From the NCBI GenBank assembly GCA_051047955.1, contig JBPGPT010000013.1, forward strand, positions 372,001 to 436,000: a stretch of DNA of 64,000 nucleotides. Direction: 5' to 3'. This DNA is from Cystobasidiomycetes sp. EMM_F5. Lineage: Eukaryota. Shown one piece after another: positions 12,100 through 24,765 of the stretch; the stretch's first letter is position 1; the number at the start of each line of letters is the position of its first letter. The position numbers were made by a program, and so were the translations under genes. The notes under the pieces are model-generated. The model did not search any database. It was not told the DNA's origin and saw only the letters and a program-made list of their open reading frames with translations.

Positions 12100-13671
12100 A
12101 TGCTGAGGCGCGATCACTCTATGTATGATCTGAAGGGTGCGAGTATGCAACGCGGAGACGCGCGATCATCAATCGCACATTCCCAAGCCCCGACGCAGAC
12201 GGTGTTACCGATTACTGCAGCATCGGCGAGTGGGTCTGTAGACGTGCAGCAAGAGTCCGCGCAATTCCCCAAAACAGCCGCTGTGCGGTTGGAAAAAAGG
12301 GAACCCCCGAAAGATCCCTCGCTGATACCGTTGAAGAGCGCGATGCGAAATCAGAGTCGTGTAGACAACGCTCTTAAAGGCGATGTTTCTGTCACCCGCA
12401 CCGCATTGGCCCCTGCCCGTACAGAATATACTGGCATGCAAGGCCATAACCTCACAGCTTTCTTAGAAAAGGCAACTCCCTCTCTCGTTCCCGCTGAACA
12501 GGCCAAATCAGAGCGATACTCTCGAGAAGCGGTACAAGAAAAGGCTGATTGGTCAGCTCGCCTGAAAATTGCTCAATCGATGCAAAACTCGAAATCGCGT
12601 CGTATTGCGAAGGCCGCTGGTCTAGCTGTCGACAGCATCCTCGACCTTCAGGCTGCAATGCTAGAGGATGATGCCAATCTTATCGCAGCAGAATACGCTA
12701 GAGCGAGATCCAAATGGTTGAGACTGGCCGGTAGTAACCATCCTGATGATGAGAGCCAAATCGCCACATCAGCGTCCACTATAGCTGAGCAACGCTCCCA
12801 GAAGAAGGGGTTGATCTCAAATGCCGTTGACGACATCGTAGCTGCGTCAGTGCAGGACACCAGTCACCAAGGCGCAGATCGCAAGGCTCCCACGAGCGTG
12901 AATGAGCAATCCCGGAAAGCATCGTCCGCTTCTGTGGACACCAGTCACATGAATGACTGTGCAAAGTCAGCGGTAATTCAGCCCTCTGGATCCAATTTGC
13001 AATCATCCAGGCTTGACAGGCACACGTCAACTGTTCCTTGCCAGGAACCAACCTTTGTCGAGAAGACACCCAGGAGGCCAGGCGCCTCTATCTTGGCCCC
13101 CACCTGTAACTACAATGCTTCGACACGCAACGCGATACCGCTACCGCTCGCAGATAACGTACCGGTAGTCTCCACGACTCTAAAAGCTGTGAAAGCTAAT
13201 CGCCCAGGCCTCCGCTCGTTGAGATTGGAGCCTCTTCAGACCACATCTCATAAGTCTCGCGTCCCGGTAGCTGGACCGCAGCATCGCATTCCTGTCTCAC
13301 AGTTTTACCAACCTCCGCAGCCGGACAGCGGGAGCTACCAACGTGGGCTATCCAGATCAACGGGGAGACCGAGGTTGTCGGCACAACATGTCGATGGAGA
13401 TCGTCCACCTTTAAATGCACATGTTCCAAGGGCCTTGGCACCGCAAACGAGGAACACCGATCAGCAAGCGACCGCCCGCAACGTGCCGCCTCTGACAGCA
13501 TGCGAAGTGCCCCTCAGAGGTTCAGGTCGCAGCCAGAAGACACCTCTACATCCGAGCCGTGGTTATCTCGTCTCATCTTGGCTGAAGCGGATATCAGGAT
13601 GGAGAGAGCAACGCCGAGGCAACCAACCTTTGAAGGTCTACACCCAGAATGCATGTGTCCGTTATGCCTGA
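12100..13671 (+). CDS. Hypothetical protein, paralogue 2 (most diverged) of the local family
   Basis: 523-aa intronless ORF. Its core WSARLKIA...AAGLAVDSI...AEYARARSKW aligns by eye with the two flanking ORFs. Confidence 0.7.
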   Translation: MLRRDHSMYDLKGASMQRGDARSSIAHSQAPTQTVLPITAASASGSVDVQQESAQFPKTAAVRLEKREPPKDPSLIPLKSAMRNQSRVDNALKGDVSVTRTALAPARTEYTGMQGHNLTAFLEKATPSLVPAEQAKSERYSREAVQEKADWSARLKIAQSMQNSKSRRIAKAAGLAVDSILDLQAAMLEDDANLIAAEYARARSKWLRLAGSNHPDDESQIATSASTIAEQRSQKKGLISNAVDDIVAASVQDTSHQGADRKAPTSVNEQSRKASSASVDTSHMNDCAKSAVIQPSGSNLQSSRLDRHTSTVPCQEPTFVEKTPRRPGASILAPTCNYNASTRNAIPLPLADNVPVVSTTLKAVKANRPGLRSLRLEPLQTTSHKSRVPVAGPQHRIPVSQFYQPPQPDSGSYQRGLSRSTGRPRLSAQHVDGDRPPLNAHVPRALAPQTRNTDQQATARNVPPLTACEVPLRGSGRSQKTPLHPSRGYLVSSWLKRISGWREQRRGNQPLKVYTQNACVRYA

Positions 13672-13990
13672 ATGTATGACTTTCCTTCTCATTAAGCCCC
13701 TCAGCAGTATCACGGGCAGGTCTCTGATATCGTTGGGCCTGGGTTTGTAGCCATTCGTCATTCGTAGTGGTCTCACTTGTATAATTGCTGAGGACTTTGC
13801 CAATCTTAACATACAGGGTAGTGCGACACTCGTCGCAGGGTGTTCAACACCCACACCCATCCCCTGACCCGGCTTCAAATCCCCCAACGCACTGCCATGG
13901 GAACATCCAGCAGCGCTTTCATCCATGCAGCGCCTGCAAGAGCGGCACGCGCACAGAGCCTATGCAACTGAACTGCATACTGATTGATGT

Positions 13991-15307
13991 ATGACTGCAC
14001 CATCAGCAATGTATCAGCACGGAAACGTGTCCTCGGTCTATGGCAACTTTGATGGCAACGCAGCCGGCAGCACTGACAATCGCGCCAAGTATACGAGGCA
14101 ACCATCTGTAAGCTCCAAGACGTCATCCGTAAGCTCTGGCAGCAAAGTGCTTCGATCGATGAAGTCCAGCAAGTCTGGACTACGCGATCTCTACGCAACG
14201 CCGGATACATCGCAGGAAACGCTGAATAGTCCCCTCAAGTCGACTGTTCCGACACCTCGCACAATGTCTGTCGCATCCACGGCATCGATATCAGCCATAT
14301 TAATCCCCTCCACCGTGCGGACAGCTTCTGTCAGCTCCGTAGCACCTTCTACTGTATCTCCGCTGAAACCTCGTAAGCCACCCAAACGATCACCTCCCAA
14401 CCATCGCACAGCCGTCCCGCTGGTTTCAGCTTTGCGGGCTTCGGATGACACAACAAAGGAGTCTTTCTCGTACATGAAACCCTCAGATATCGCGAATAAT
14501 CAAAAATTCACTTCCGCGGTACGTGACAGTGCTGTGAAAGCCACGGTGGCCTTACGACAGCAAGAGCATGCCGGGACTAGAGAGGCTACGTTTGTACAGG
14601 ACCAGTTGCGAATCAAGGCGATGGCCCCGCATTTAGAGATAGGTCTAGGAGCTCTCAAGGAAATGACACAGACAGAACAGAGAGAATACCAGAACTGGGC
14701 GTATCGCCTGAAAACTGCGGACAGCCTTCTTGATACTCGCGGGCGAGTTCAAGCAGCAGCCCAAACCGCTGCATTCGACATTTGCCAGCTTCTCACTACT
14801 GCTCGAGAATTGCAGCTGACCGTTACCAAGCGGCTGGCATATGGCGAAGGTGAAAGGTCAAAAGCCATGCTAGACGCAGCGTACAAGCAGGCGGAACTCA
14901 GCTGGATCGCTCTACAGAAGTCCCGAACTCAGCGAAAGGCATTACCTACACCGAATGCAAACAATCAAGTCACGACGGCTGCGGTAAATAATCAATTCAC
15001 CAAGGGTTCGGCTGTCGAAGCAAAGCCAGGTCTAAAGCCGCTTGTCCGGCTCACTCCGCTTCACAACCCGCCTGCGAACCATCCTGGAACACCCTTGGCC
15101 CTCGAACGGCAGCGTCGGTGGCGGAGAAAGATGAGCACTCGCTCGTGGACTAGACCATCTGTGTCCTCGGCGTGGAATGGCTTCTTGAGCATGTTTTCCA
15201 ATAATCGGGAGGATAGAAAGCGACATGAAGGCAGAGGTAACAATGCCCAAGCGAGACGAATTGCGGTCTCGTCGGAAGGTAGACGTTACATGTACACGCA
15301 TGTTTAG
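13991..15307 (+). CDS. Hypothetical protein, paralogue 3 of the local family
   Basis: 438-aa intronless ORF containing PPNHRTA, WAYRLKTA, AAYKQAELSW and ending EGRRYMYTHV*. Confidence 0.75.
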   Translation: MTAPSAMYQHGNVSSVYGNFDGNAAGSTDNRAKYTRQPSVSSKTSSVSSGSKVLRSMKSSKSGLRDLYATPDTSQETLNSPLKSTVPTPRTMSVASTASISAILIPSTVRTASVSSVAPSTVSPLKPRKPPKRSPPNHRTAVPLVSALRASDDTTKESFSYMKPSDIANNQKFTSAVRDSAVKATVALRQQEHAGTREATFVQDQLRIKAMAPHLEIGLGALKEMTQTEQREYQNWAYRLKTADSLLDTRGRVQAAAQTAAFDICQLLTTARELQLTVTKRLAYGEGERSKAMLDAAYKQAELSWIALQKSRTQRKALPTPNANNQVTTAAVNNQFTKGSAVEAKPGLKPLVRLTPLHNPPANHPGTPLALERQRRWRRKMSTRSWTRPSVSSAWNGFLSMFSNNREDRKRHEGRGNNAQARRIAVSSEGRRYMYTHV

Positions 15308-15407
15308 CTGCAGTTAGCCCATTCTCTGTTTCGAATATCATCAGTCTCCTCATTTGCCAGTCAGTCTCAGAATTGCGCCGTTCTTTCGACCCTTCGCACC
15401 AGCAAAC

Positions 15408-17581
15408 ATGGCCGACACGCAGGCGAGGCAGCCTATCAAGTATGGCGACGTCGACGACGATGTGCGTGGATGGGCAGCAGTTGGCGGGGAGGATACCCAG
15501 AGCTCTGACACTTTTTTGCATTGGACGGCCAGGACGAGTATCTCTCAGACGACGTTGCGAGGCCGCACGGCGCGAGCGATGAGGAAGGTGGGTGGGAGTG
15601 AGCATTCGATGGCATACCCAATGCTGAGGCAGTCCTGGATTGGAACGATATATTGGACAATATCCAGACGAATATGCAAAGCAGCAGCGCGAGCAGGACA
15701 TGGCCTCGGCGCAGGCACTCCCAGCACCAATCAAGAATGTGAGTGTATCGTGTATGGTTTATGGATCGTTTCAGCTGAGCTTTGAATCAACATCGTGTCG
15801 TAGTTTGTGACCTCGTTGCGGACGGCAATGTCCTCGAGCAACGTCGCGCAAATTCACAGCTTGTACTCGACGGGATGGAACAGACTAACGCAAGACCACT
15901 ACGCTCAGACAGAATGGCCTGAAGCCGAAGTCGTATCCTACCTCACCGACGGAAACGAAGTTTTTGCCATCTTTTACAAGGAGCTGTATTTCAGGTGGGT
16001 GGAGGATACAAAGGCCGCTCTTCGCAGCTGACCTTTGTCTCGCTGCTCGATACTAGACACATCTACTCCCGCCTGCAACCCAACATCGACGACCGGTTCT
16101 CATCCTACGAAAACTACTGTGCGATATTCAACTACATCCTCAACAGCGATGGACCTGTACCAGTAGAACTTCCAGTACAATGGCTGTGGGACCTCATCGA
16201 CGAGTTTGTCTGGCAATTCAGCAGCTTTGCCATGTACAGATCACGACCCATGGGCAAGACTGAAGAGGAAGTAGCACTATTGGCAGAGAACCCTCAAGTT
16301 TGGTCATGCTACAGCGTACTCAACGTACTATACTCGCTCATTCAGAAGAGCAAAATCGTAGATCAGCTCAAGTCGGTCAAGTCTACCGAAGACGGTGCAG
16401 ACGACGTAGCGGGCGAATTTGGCTCAAAGCCGTTATACCGCCTGCTCGGTCTGTTTTCACTCGTCAACCTGGTCCGCGTGCATGCGCTGTTGGGAGACTA
16501 CACGCTTGCTTTACGTATGCTCGACGATATCGACATGAAGCGATTGCCAACGCGCGACGTTCCTGCTGCCCATGTCAGCGTACACTACTACGTTGGTTAC
16601 TCGTACTTGATGCTTGGCCGATATGCAGACGCAATCTACTACCTCTCGAAAGGCTACTTTTTCTGGGCCGGTCCCAAGCGTGGTAGATCTTCGGCTGGCT
16701 CCGATGCCGTTGCCAAGCAGGCCGACAGGATGCTTGCTCTTCTTGCGATTGCCCACGCTCTAAGCTCGACAAAATGGGAGGACTCCCGAGAAGTTCGAGA
16801 GGCCCGAGAGGCACTACGGACAAGCGAAAAATACAATGAGCAGTTCGAAACGATGTCGAGAGGAGGCGCTGCTGCCCTTCCCATGTTTGAAGAGCTTTTC
16901 CGGTACGGAGCACCGAAGACGATTTCGCCTCAGTCACCGCCGTACGGCAACTCGAGCACGGAAGACGCCGACGCTTTCCCTGATGCGGTACAGCATACCA
17001 TCAAGCTCTTCATGTCTGATGTCCAAACTGTCATTGACGTGCCAGATCTGCGGACTCTGCTGAAGCTGTACACGTCGATCGGCACAAAGAAGCTAGCGAC
17101 ACTGGCAGGGAAGGATGAGGATGAATTGATCAGGGAACTTATGGTTCTCAAGGGTACAATGAAGGTCACCAAATGGACCGAGGCGGGCGATAAAGCAGAG
17201 ACCAGCTTGCTGAATGGCGAGGAGGCAATAGTTGGCAGCCTTGGCTTTGCTGTAGAGAACAGCACCATCAACATCACCGAACAGCGCCGCACTCGTCACT
17301 TTAGCGGACGATTCCTGTCGCAAGGCGTCGGTGCCAAGCAGTTGTTGGATGGCAGTAAGCAGTGACTGCATACAAGCCTGATTGGACAACGCTGACTGTG
17401 ACGACCAACAGTTCGGTCGAGACCTCTCCCTACTGCTGTATTTGCAGGATCTGGCACAACCACTGGCGCGCAGCGTGAAGTGCCCAATCGTGCGGAACCT
17501 GCTGCCGCAAAGACCGCGCCTACTGCAGTCAATGGTACCGCGACCAAGTCTGTCGCATGGGCTCCCACTACTCGAGCGTAG
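15408..17581 (+). CDS. Translation initiation factor 3 subunit L
   Basis: WNRLTQDHYAQTEWPEAE, YKELYFRHIYSRLQP, LPVQWLWDLIDEFVWQF, VWSCYSVLNVLYSL, RVHALLGDY and LRTLLKLYTSI. Three introns, the last at 17355-17411. Confidence 0.95.
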
Positions 17582-17821
17582 ACCCGGCGAGCATGTTGTG
17601 ATAGAAGCGCAGTAGCAGTAAATGTATTTTGCTTCGCTTCGGATATTAAGCATGTTTGTCGAGTCATCGCGGTCGCTTTGCCTTTGACTCGGCTGTAAAA
17701 GCTACGGCATCTTGCAGAAGGACGGATCCCCAGGCCACAGCATTATTTGCAAACTATTCTTTCCGTCTACACCATTCTTGACTGACTTCAGACTGCCCCA
17801 CCTTCAACACGTCCCCCAAAA

Positions 17822-18646
17822 ATGGCAATGGCAAGATGGGCCATCTCCCGTGTCACAGAAGCAGACCTGGCTGCCTGTGCATACATTGACGTCGTTGGCT
17901 TTGAGAATGTGCCATGTGAGCCGGGAGGTGCTGGATCTAGGTGCAAACTGACATCCCAAGTCCTAGTTGTGCAGTACATGTTTCCCCGCCATCTGCGAGG
18001 AAGGCAATGGACGCAAGCTGATGAGATCAATCACCGCATCAAGATGATTCGTCCCCGCATGGGTTCAGGAACTATCAAGGCGACTGGACCAGACGGGACG
18101 GTCGTAGGATATGCTGTATGGCCTGCTCCTTCCGTGGCAGGGGTTACCTACAATCCCTTGCCGCCGGAGAACGAGCGAGACAAGCATACAGACTGGACCG
18201 CCCAGCAACACTTCCGCAATCTTTTGGGCGAGCATGCCATCCACACTATGGGGAAGCGGAAACATTGGTGACTATCGATGTAAACCGTCCGATTTATAAG
18301 GTCTCTCTCTGACTTGATGTCGGCTAGGTGTCTTGTGAAGATTGCTACACATCCTGAGTTCAAGCGACAAGGGGTTGCTTCGGCATTAATGAATTGGGGT
18401 CTAAAGCAAGCCGACGCGGAGGGATTGCCAACCATGCTAGAAGCTGTACCCGCGTCAGTTCCGCTCTATACCCAGGCTGGATTCAAGGAGGTCGACCAAA
18501 TACGCTTTCCCTATGCTGAGCGGGACTTTGATGGCGTAGAAACAGGCGAGCAGGGTGAGATACACCTCGTCGTCATGGTACGAGAACCGGAACCAGTCAG
18601 TAGCCTAAGTTCTGGAGAGCGCCGCTCCCTTCGCGAGACCCAATAA
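17822..18646 (+). CDS. GNAT-family N-acetyltransferase
   Basis: VVGYAVW, the acetyl-CoA motif ATHPEFKRQGVASALMNWG, and LEAVPASVPLYTQAGF. Two introns. Confidence 0.9.
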
Positions 18647-18771
18647 AGTCTGTAATGATAAGTGCATGAATAAGCACAACAAGACGACTGCGACTATGAC
18701 TACCACTGTTTACTACCAACGACACTCTGGTTGACTTCAATCCTGATGATGCAGTGTTGTTGATCATAATA

Positions 18772-21502
18772 TCAGAACGCGTCCGCATCATCTTCATCTT
18801 CTTCCCACTCGACAGCTTGCAAGACCTTTTCCGTCTCTTCTTGCAGCTTGTCCAGCCCCGTCACCCGCTCCAAGTGCTTGGCATCATCGAATGCGTTTCG
18901 GAGCAGCTCAAAGCCTTGCTCCCTGTACGCATTCACCATCTATTGCACGAAAACGTAGCGTAAGTTTACAATCGTCAACTCCTCCGCGTATCATCAAGAC
19001 AACATACTCACCTTATCGGAACAGGCTGTACAATTGCTGTACGCCTGTCCAGTGATCTTGAGTGTGTTGAAATCGCTGAGGAAGCCACGTATAGTGTGCG
19101 GGACAGCGCCCAATACAGATTTTGCACTGTTCCGGTCGTTTTCAGCCGGTGCAAGGGGTCTGCGATTCAGATGAGGGGCAAGACGAGATATCAGCGACAT
19201 TGGATCCTTCGGACGACTTCAGTGCTGCATGGAGCATACCCTAGTGGATGTTGCAGAGTCGATGTCATCAATTCAACGGCGGTTGCGCTCGCTATTGCTG
19301 CTAGACCGGGACGAGTGACTGTACACATCTGATCAAGGGTTCGATCGCTCAAAGACTGTCACAGAGGGCGTCAGTATTTGGAATATTTCGGCATTGTCAT
19401 CGCACGTACATCCATTGGTGCGACAATGTCTGAACAGCTAGAGACGAGCAATCAGTGTGCGCTTCCTTCCAACACAGTGATCTGCCTGACTAGTAGCATC
19501 CTAGTCGTTCCTGCTGTGGAATCGCAAGCATGCCGTGTCGGGCAACAACATACGAGTCGAAGCCAAGTGCGGCATTGATGACAAGCTAGTAACGCAAGCG
19601 ATACTTCAGCTGATCCAGGCCGGTTAACCAAGACAGAGGCCCCTACCTTGCTTTTTGCTGCACCCAGCATTGTCGGGAGCCACCTACTTTCCCTCGAATC
19701 CATAAGCAGAAACACGACATCATGTTCATCCATCAGCTTCTCCAATGATTCGACTGCCTGTCTGGTCTCTTGTAATGATGCGGGAGGAACAGGATGACCT
19801 GGCATCGGGATAGCCATCGACACGCCTACTGCATTCACGGACGGATAGATGCGTTTGAGTGCATCCGCCGCCGCTTGCGCTTTCGGTTTCCCGCCGTCTA
19901 GACAGTCGGACAACTCGAACAGCGGTTGTCGGACGGGATTCGAAAAGGAGACTTTGCCAGAATCGACGAGAGTGATGTTCCATACGCCCCAGGCCTAATG
20001 CTCGCGAGTCAGAGACTGATCATACTACAGCCGCAGAGAGTATATCCCCTACCATCAAATTTCGAGACACGTAGCATCCGAGGGTACCAGCTCCGAGTAG
20101 TAGACATTTTGTCTTTGCGATAACTTCTAGATTCAGCGCTGGCAAAATACGCCATCTCATCAATTTGAGATTCAGGTCTACAGCTTGGTCTGCCAATCTG
20201 CAGGTTCCCAAACAATCTCAGCTCAGTGCGCTATACAGTACGTCATGCTGATTCCAGGCCTACCGCTTGGGATCCATCATTCCGCCCAAATCCACCATTC
20301 TCGGGGCCAATTTACCATGCAGATTCTTCTCCCAGCCAACTGTGGGCGGTACCTGTCCGAGTACGCCATACGGTGATAGTTCTTCTCCATTGTCAGTCGA
20401 AATTGGCAACGACACGATACAAGTCAGGCTTGACTCCCAGGTTGCTCTGTGTCGAATGATCCGAAGCCGACGTATGTTATGAACGGTATATAGATGAGCG
20501 AGGTAATTGCGTAGCACCCATCCAGGCGACTCAGGATCGGATGATGGGTCAACAAAGAGGAGGATGCGCTGCGGATTACCCAAAATTGCATGTCTTGTGT
20601 CATAAGATTGTTCAAAAGAGCTTGAAGTAGCGCTCACCTCCTCGTCGGGCATATTCGTTGCCCAGAACTGCTTTGAATCGGATAGCCTAGCTGCTCGGTA
20701 CACTCCATGTGTCTCGTCCCATTGGAGGATGCAAGCATTCGCTTCTTGCACACCTTTCGCTGATACATGATCGTTGTATGCCTTCTCGAGCGCTTGTATG
20801 CGCTCCTTTGTACCATCTGTATGAGAATCACCATGCAGAGATGCATTGTTGAGCGAAGCCCAAGGCTGCTCCATCACCCAGGCAGGCTTTGCGAGGAATG
20901 CGGGAAATGCAAACCAGTAGTAGAATATGTACTTTTTGAGATCTGCGAATGTGATGACGAGGGATATATTGAGTGAGGCGGCAGTGGGAGAGGGTGAGGT
21001 GATTGTAGACCACAGCTGGCAGATGGGATGGTTTCGTTAGCGGGGTCAGTGCACAAACACATGCATCACTCACTTCTCTGGCATGAGATGCAAATATCTG
21101 CTGCTTGTCGCTCGCTCTGAATGCCTCGACGGTGTTGAAGTTGTGCAATCTGCCCGGGAAGAGCCTGTCGCTCTGGCGCGATACCTCTGCATCATCATTG
21201 CCGTCACCAAATGCCCGGCCATCGTAATCCGCCGAGGCTGGCAAGGCTACTAGACCACCACTCTCTCTGTCGAGCAATGTCCTGCCGTGCGAGTAATGCC
21301 CCGCAACATCGACCACCCGGTCGTCGAGCTTGAGCACATCCACCTTTAGCTGGGCGAAGGCTACCCAGAAGTCTGGAGCGAGCGAGGATGCAAAGGGAGT
21401 GAATGTCAGTGTGGTGGATGTGGTGGGAGTATCATTATTGGCAGGATTGCCCGACATTGCTCCAAGACCTGGGTTGGTCATTGCGACTGATGGTGCAGCC
21501 AT
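18772..21502 (-). CDS. ATG7: E1-like autophagy enzyme Atg7
   Basis: [65 protein letters not shown], the catalytic [14 protein letters not shown], and an acidic end [12 protein letters not shown]. Many introns. Confidence 0.97.
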
Positions 21503-21820
21503 TCACGTCTGTTTATTTGATCTTTCTGGCGATGTCCAGCTATTTCATTGTAATTGCAGCCATGTCTGCGTTGTATTTGAATGCTCTTCGCTGTCCTTGC
21601 GCCTGTATTGCCCTCATCTCCCGCCAAGATCTTATCTGATCTCTGATCTGATTTCAAACTCCGCCGTCCAGCCCACAGATTGCTTGCTTCTCACTCCATC
21701 GCATCCTGTACATACGGCACTCACACCCACACCAAAACAGCACTGGCATCGCTCACTCTGCGCTCCTGGCTATCCGCTCCACTTTCTCCCATTGCTCTCC
21801 GACGTCTTGGGCGCCGTCAA

Positions 21821-24189
21821 ATGGCAATCGCAGCAGGACCATCAGCGACGGGCACTTCTCTGCATACCGGAAGCAGCAGTCACAACAGACCAGTCAAGAA
21901 CGTAGTGGTCATCGGGGCATCGTATGCGGGTGGGCGAATTATACGCACTCGCGAAAGAACGGGCTCGGATACTTATTGATTTGGATTGTAGGCACACACG
22001 CTGCGGAACTGCTAGCAGCTGGTCTGCCAGACTCGCATCGAGTTATCCTCATAGACAAGAACAGGTGAGGTTATCTTTCCTTCTCGTATCCTCGACTGCG
22101 ACTCGCTGATGGCATCCCAATCTTTTCTGATCCGCCACGGAACCTGACGACATCATGTACTTTGCCCACGCAATGCTCGGCTAATGCATCCGCAAACGTT
22201 TATACACAGTCATTTCAATCGCAAGTGCATTCACCACGCTCGCAGCCTCCAAAGCTGACCTCCTACGCCCACACAGACGTTTACCGATTCGTTCGGTTCG
22301 GAGTCGTATCCGGTCATGAAGCAAAGGGCTTCATTCCCTACACCAACATTCTCACAAAGCATCTCCCTCCTCCTACAGCGTCCACGAGCTCCAGATCATC
22401 CACTTCTTCGCCCGCATACTCTGACTCTGACGCTTCCGAACCTCCCTCGCCTACGCTCAGCAGAGACATCTTTATCAACGCAGCAGTTGTCTCTGTCACG
22501 CCCGACTATGTAGAAGTAGACCGGGCAATGTGCCACTCGGATGGTTTGACAAGACACTGTCTCGTCGACCCGTTCGAACGCGTACACGAGCATCCGCATG
22601 CCCACGAACATTCTCGTCGTCGCGTACCTCGTCAAAAACCACCGGTGGAGGAAACGGTCGAGCAGGAACGGGATTGTTCGTTGACTTCGCCTTCTGTCCC
22701 AAAGCCACAATCCCCTCGACGGCCATTGTATCGGAATGCCTCGCTGGAATCAATAGCTAGCACCGGCACAACAGCGGGCAGCGGCAACGAATCAGCAATA
22801 GGTCCGCTGGGGCAGGATGAGAAAGAGCTTGAAGCGGCATTCGAGAGCTTGTGGCAAGATGACCAGGAGGATGTTTCGTCACTGGAAGAACAGTGGGGAC
22901 GCAAGACTACCAAAATACGGTACGATTATATAGTCTTTGTGCGCTCTTTGCCCTCTTGTCTGTCCATCAACGTGAACTAGAGCTGACGCAGTTGGGTGAT
23001 GCAGGCAACTGGATCTCTCATGCCTCGACCACTTCTCATACACACTCGCACAAAGCAAGAAGGGATACAGTTTCTGAAAGACCAACAAAAAGTTATTGCT
23101 GAAGCTTCCTCAATCTTGATTGTTGGAGGAGGAGCGCTGGGCATCCAGTACGCTACGGATATTGCGGATTTGTACAACGGAGCGCATGCTAGTCAAACGT
23201 CGTCGCAAAGTCGGAAGCAGGTGAAGAAAGTGCAGCCAAGTACCCCCAACCAGCCTTCGCCTTGCAATCCACAGCATGGAGTTTCGGCTGAAAGCACGGC
23301 GAAGATACCGAAGAAGAAAGTGACTCTGATTCATTCGCGAGATCGACTACTACCGACGTTTGAGCCTGGTGTCTCTGCTATTGCGCTCAGGCGACTGGAG
23401 GAATTAGGTGTCGAAGTCATACTGGGCGACCGTGTCATACTACCAGACGGCCCTGCAGATAAATGCAAAGGCAAAGAGCTACAACACCGCGTACTGCAGA
23501 CCAAAGGCGGCAGATCCATCGAGACTGATTTACAACTCTTCTGCACTGGTCAGAAGCCGAATACTGAGTTGGTGAGATCGCTCATTCCAAGCGCGGTAGG
23601 CGAGGATGGTTATGTACGAGTGAGGAGGAGTATGCAGATTAGCGCAGGAGATGAGGAGAAGCTGCAAACTGACAAGATGTTTGCGGTGGGTGATTGCTGT
23701 CATGCTTTCGGAGCCATCAAGGCGGGTCACACTGGCTGGTTCCAGGCTGCGGTCGCTGCGAGGAATATCCTGACAATGATCAAGCACGAGAAGAGGAGGA
23801 GTAGGAGGATGAAGAAGGACGAAAGGCGGAGGAATGAAGTGACTCATCACGGTGGATCTTTGGTGGATGAGGAGAGCGATGAAGAATACGAGGAGAGTCC
23901 GAGCGATACTGGCAGTGAGTCCAGCACTGACAATGAGCAGATTCGTCGTCGAAGCCATCCCCACCCACAATTCCAGCATCCTTCTCTGCTCAAGCCAGTC
24001 GAGCTGGAGGAATATCGCCCTGGCCCGCCGATGATTTCCCTTTCCGTCGGACTGCGAGACTCGATCAAGCAGCTGATGGGCAAGGACGGCAAGTTGGAAG
24101 TGTCGGAGCACAAAGACGAGCAGGTCGACTCGCACTGGGAAGCGCAGTGGAGGGTGTTGGGCGTCGCTGCTGACGACGTACTGATATAA
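21821..24189 (+). CDS. AMID/AIFM2-like FAD/NAD(P)H-dependent oxidoreductase with large low-complexity insertions
   Basis: NVVVIGASYAG, DKNSHFNHVYRF (formed through a microexon), ATGS, ILIVGGGALGIQYATDI, VTLIHSRDRLLP, CTGQKPN and FAVGD. Confidence 0.9.
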
Positions 24190-24765
24190 TACGGCGGGCA
24201 TATGCAATCAATCATGATTGTGTCGTTGTTATTTTCATCTTCAATCACGTCTACCCATTGACCTCTTTGTACAGTCTTTACGCGTCTTTCCTCTTTTGCG
24301 GGGGTGGCGGGCATGTTTTTGTCCTTCTTTCCAAACGAGGAGCTGCAAGTAAACGAGCTGCCAATACGAGCAAGTGGACGAATGATAATCAATGAGACTG
24401 CAATACAACGAGGGATAATGAATTCGCAATGTCCTAAACAGGAGCCGGGCAATGTGCTGGCCAGGCAACGTTATTATGAATTGACATTGAAGCCAGCCAT
24501 CCAGAGAGGCTCACACAACATGGCGCACGCTGACGACTAACCACCTCACTCACTCTCTGACATTCCAACCATCTGACGCCCTTCCTCCCGCGAAGCTGCT
24601 CGGATCCTGTCCGTTGGCTCGCGCTGAGGTCAAACAAGGCGGAACGGCGAAGCGAGAGACGGCAGAGTTGGATTGGATTGGAATTGCAGATTGGAACAGG
24701 TCTACACCGTGGTATATCGCAGTATACCGCAGTGTTATACCTCCATCTACTCGGATTGCTCGACA

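Noticed and set aside
8136..24189. COQ2 and an AIFM2/FSP1-like reductase as a ubiquinone cluster
   Set aside because: They are 12 kb apart with unrelated genes between, so there is no evidence of linkage.
23530..24452. Long antisense ORFs over the AMID-like 3' end
   Set aside because: They are shadow frames of the sense gene with no recognisable motifs or splice support.
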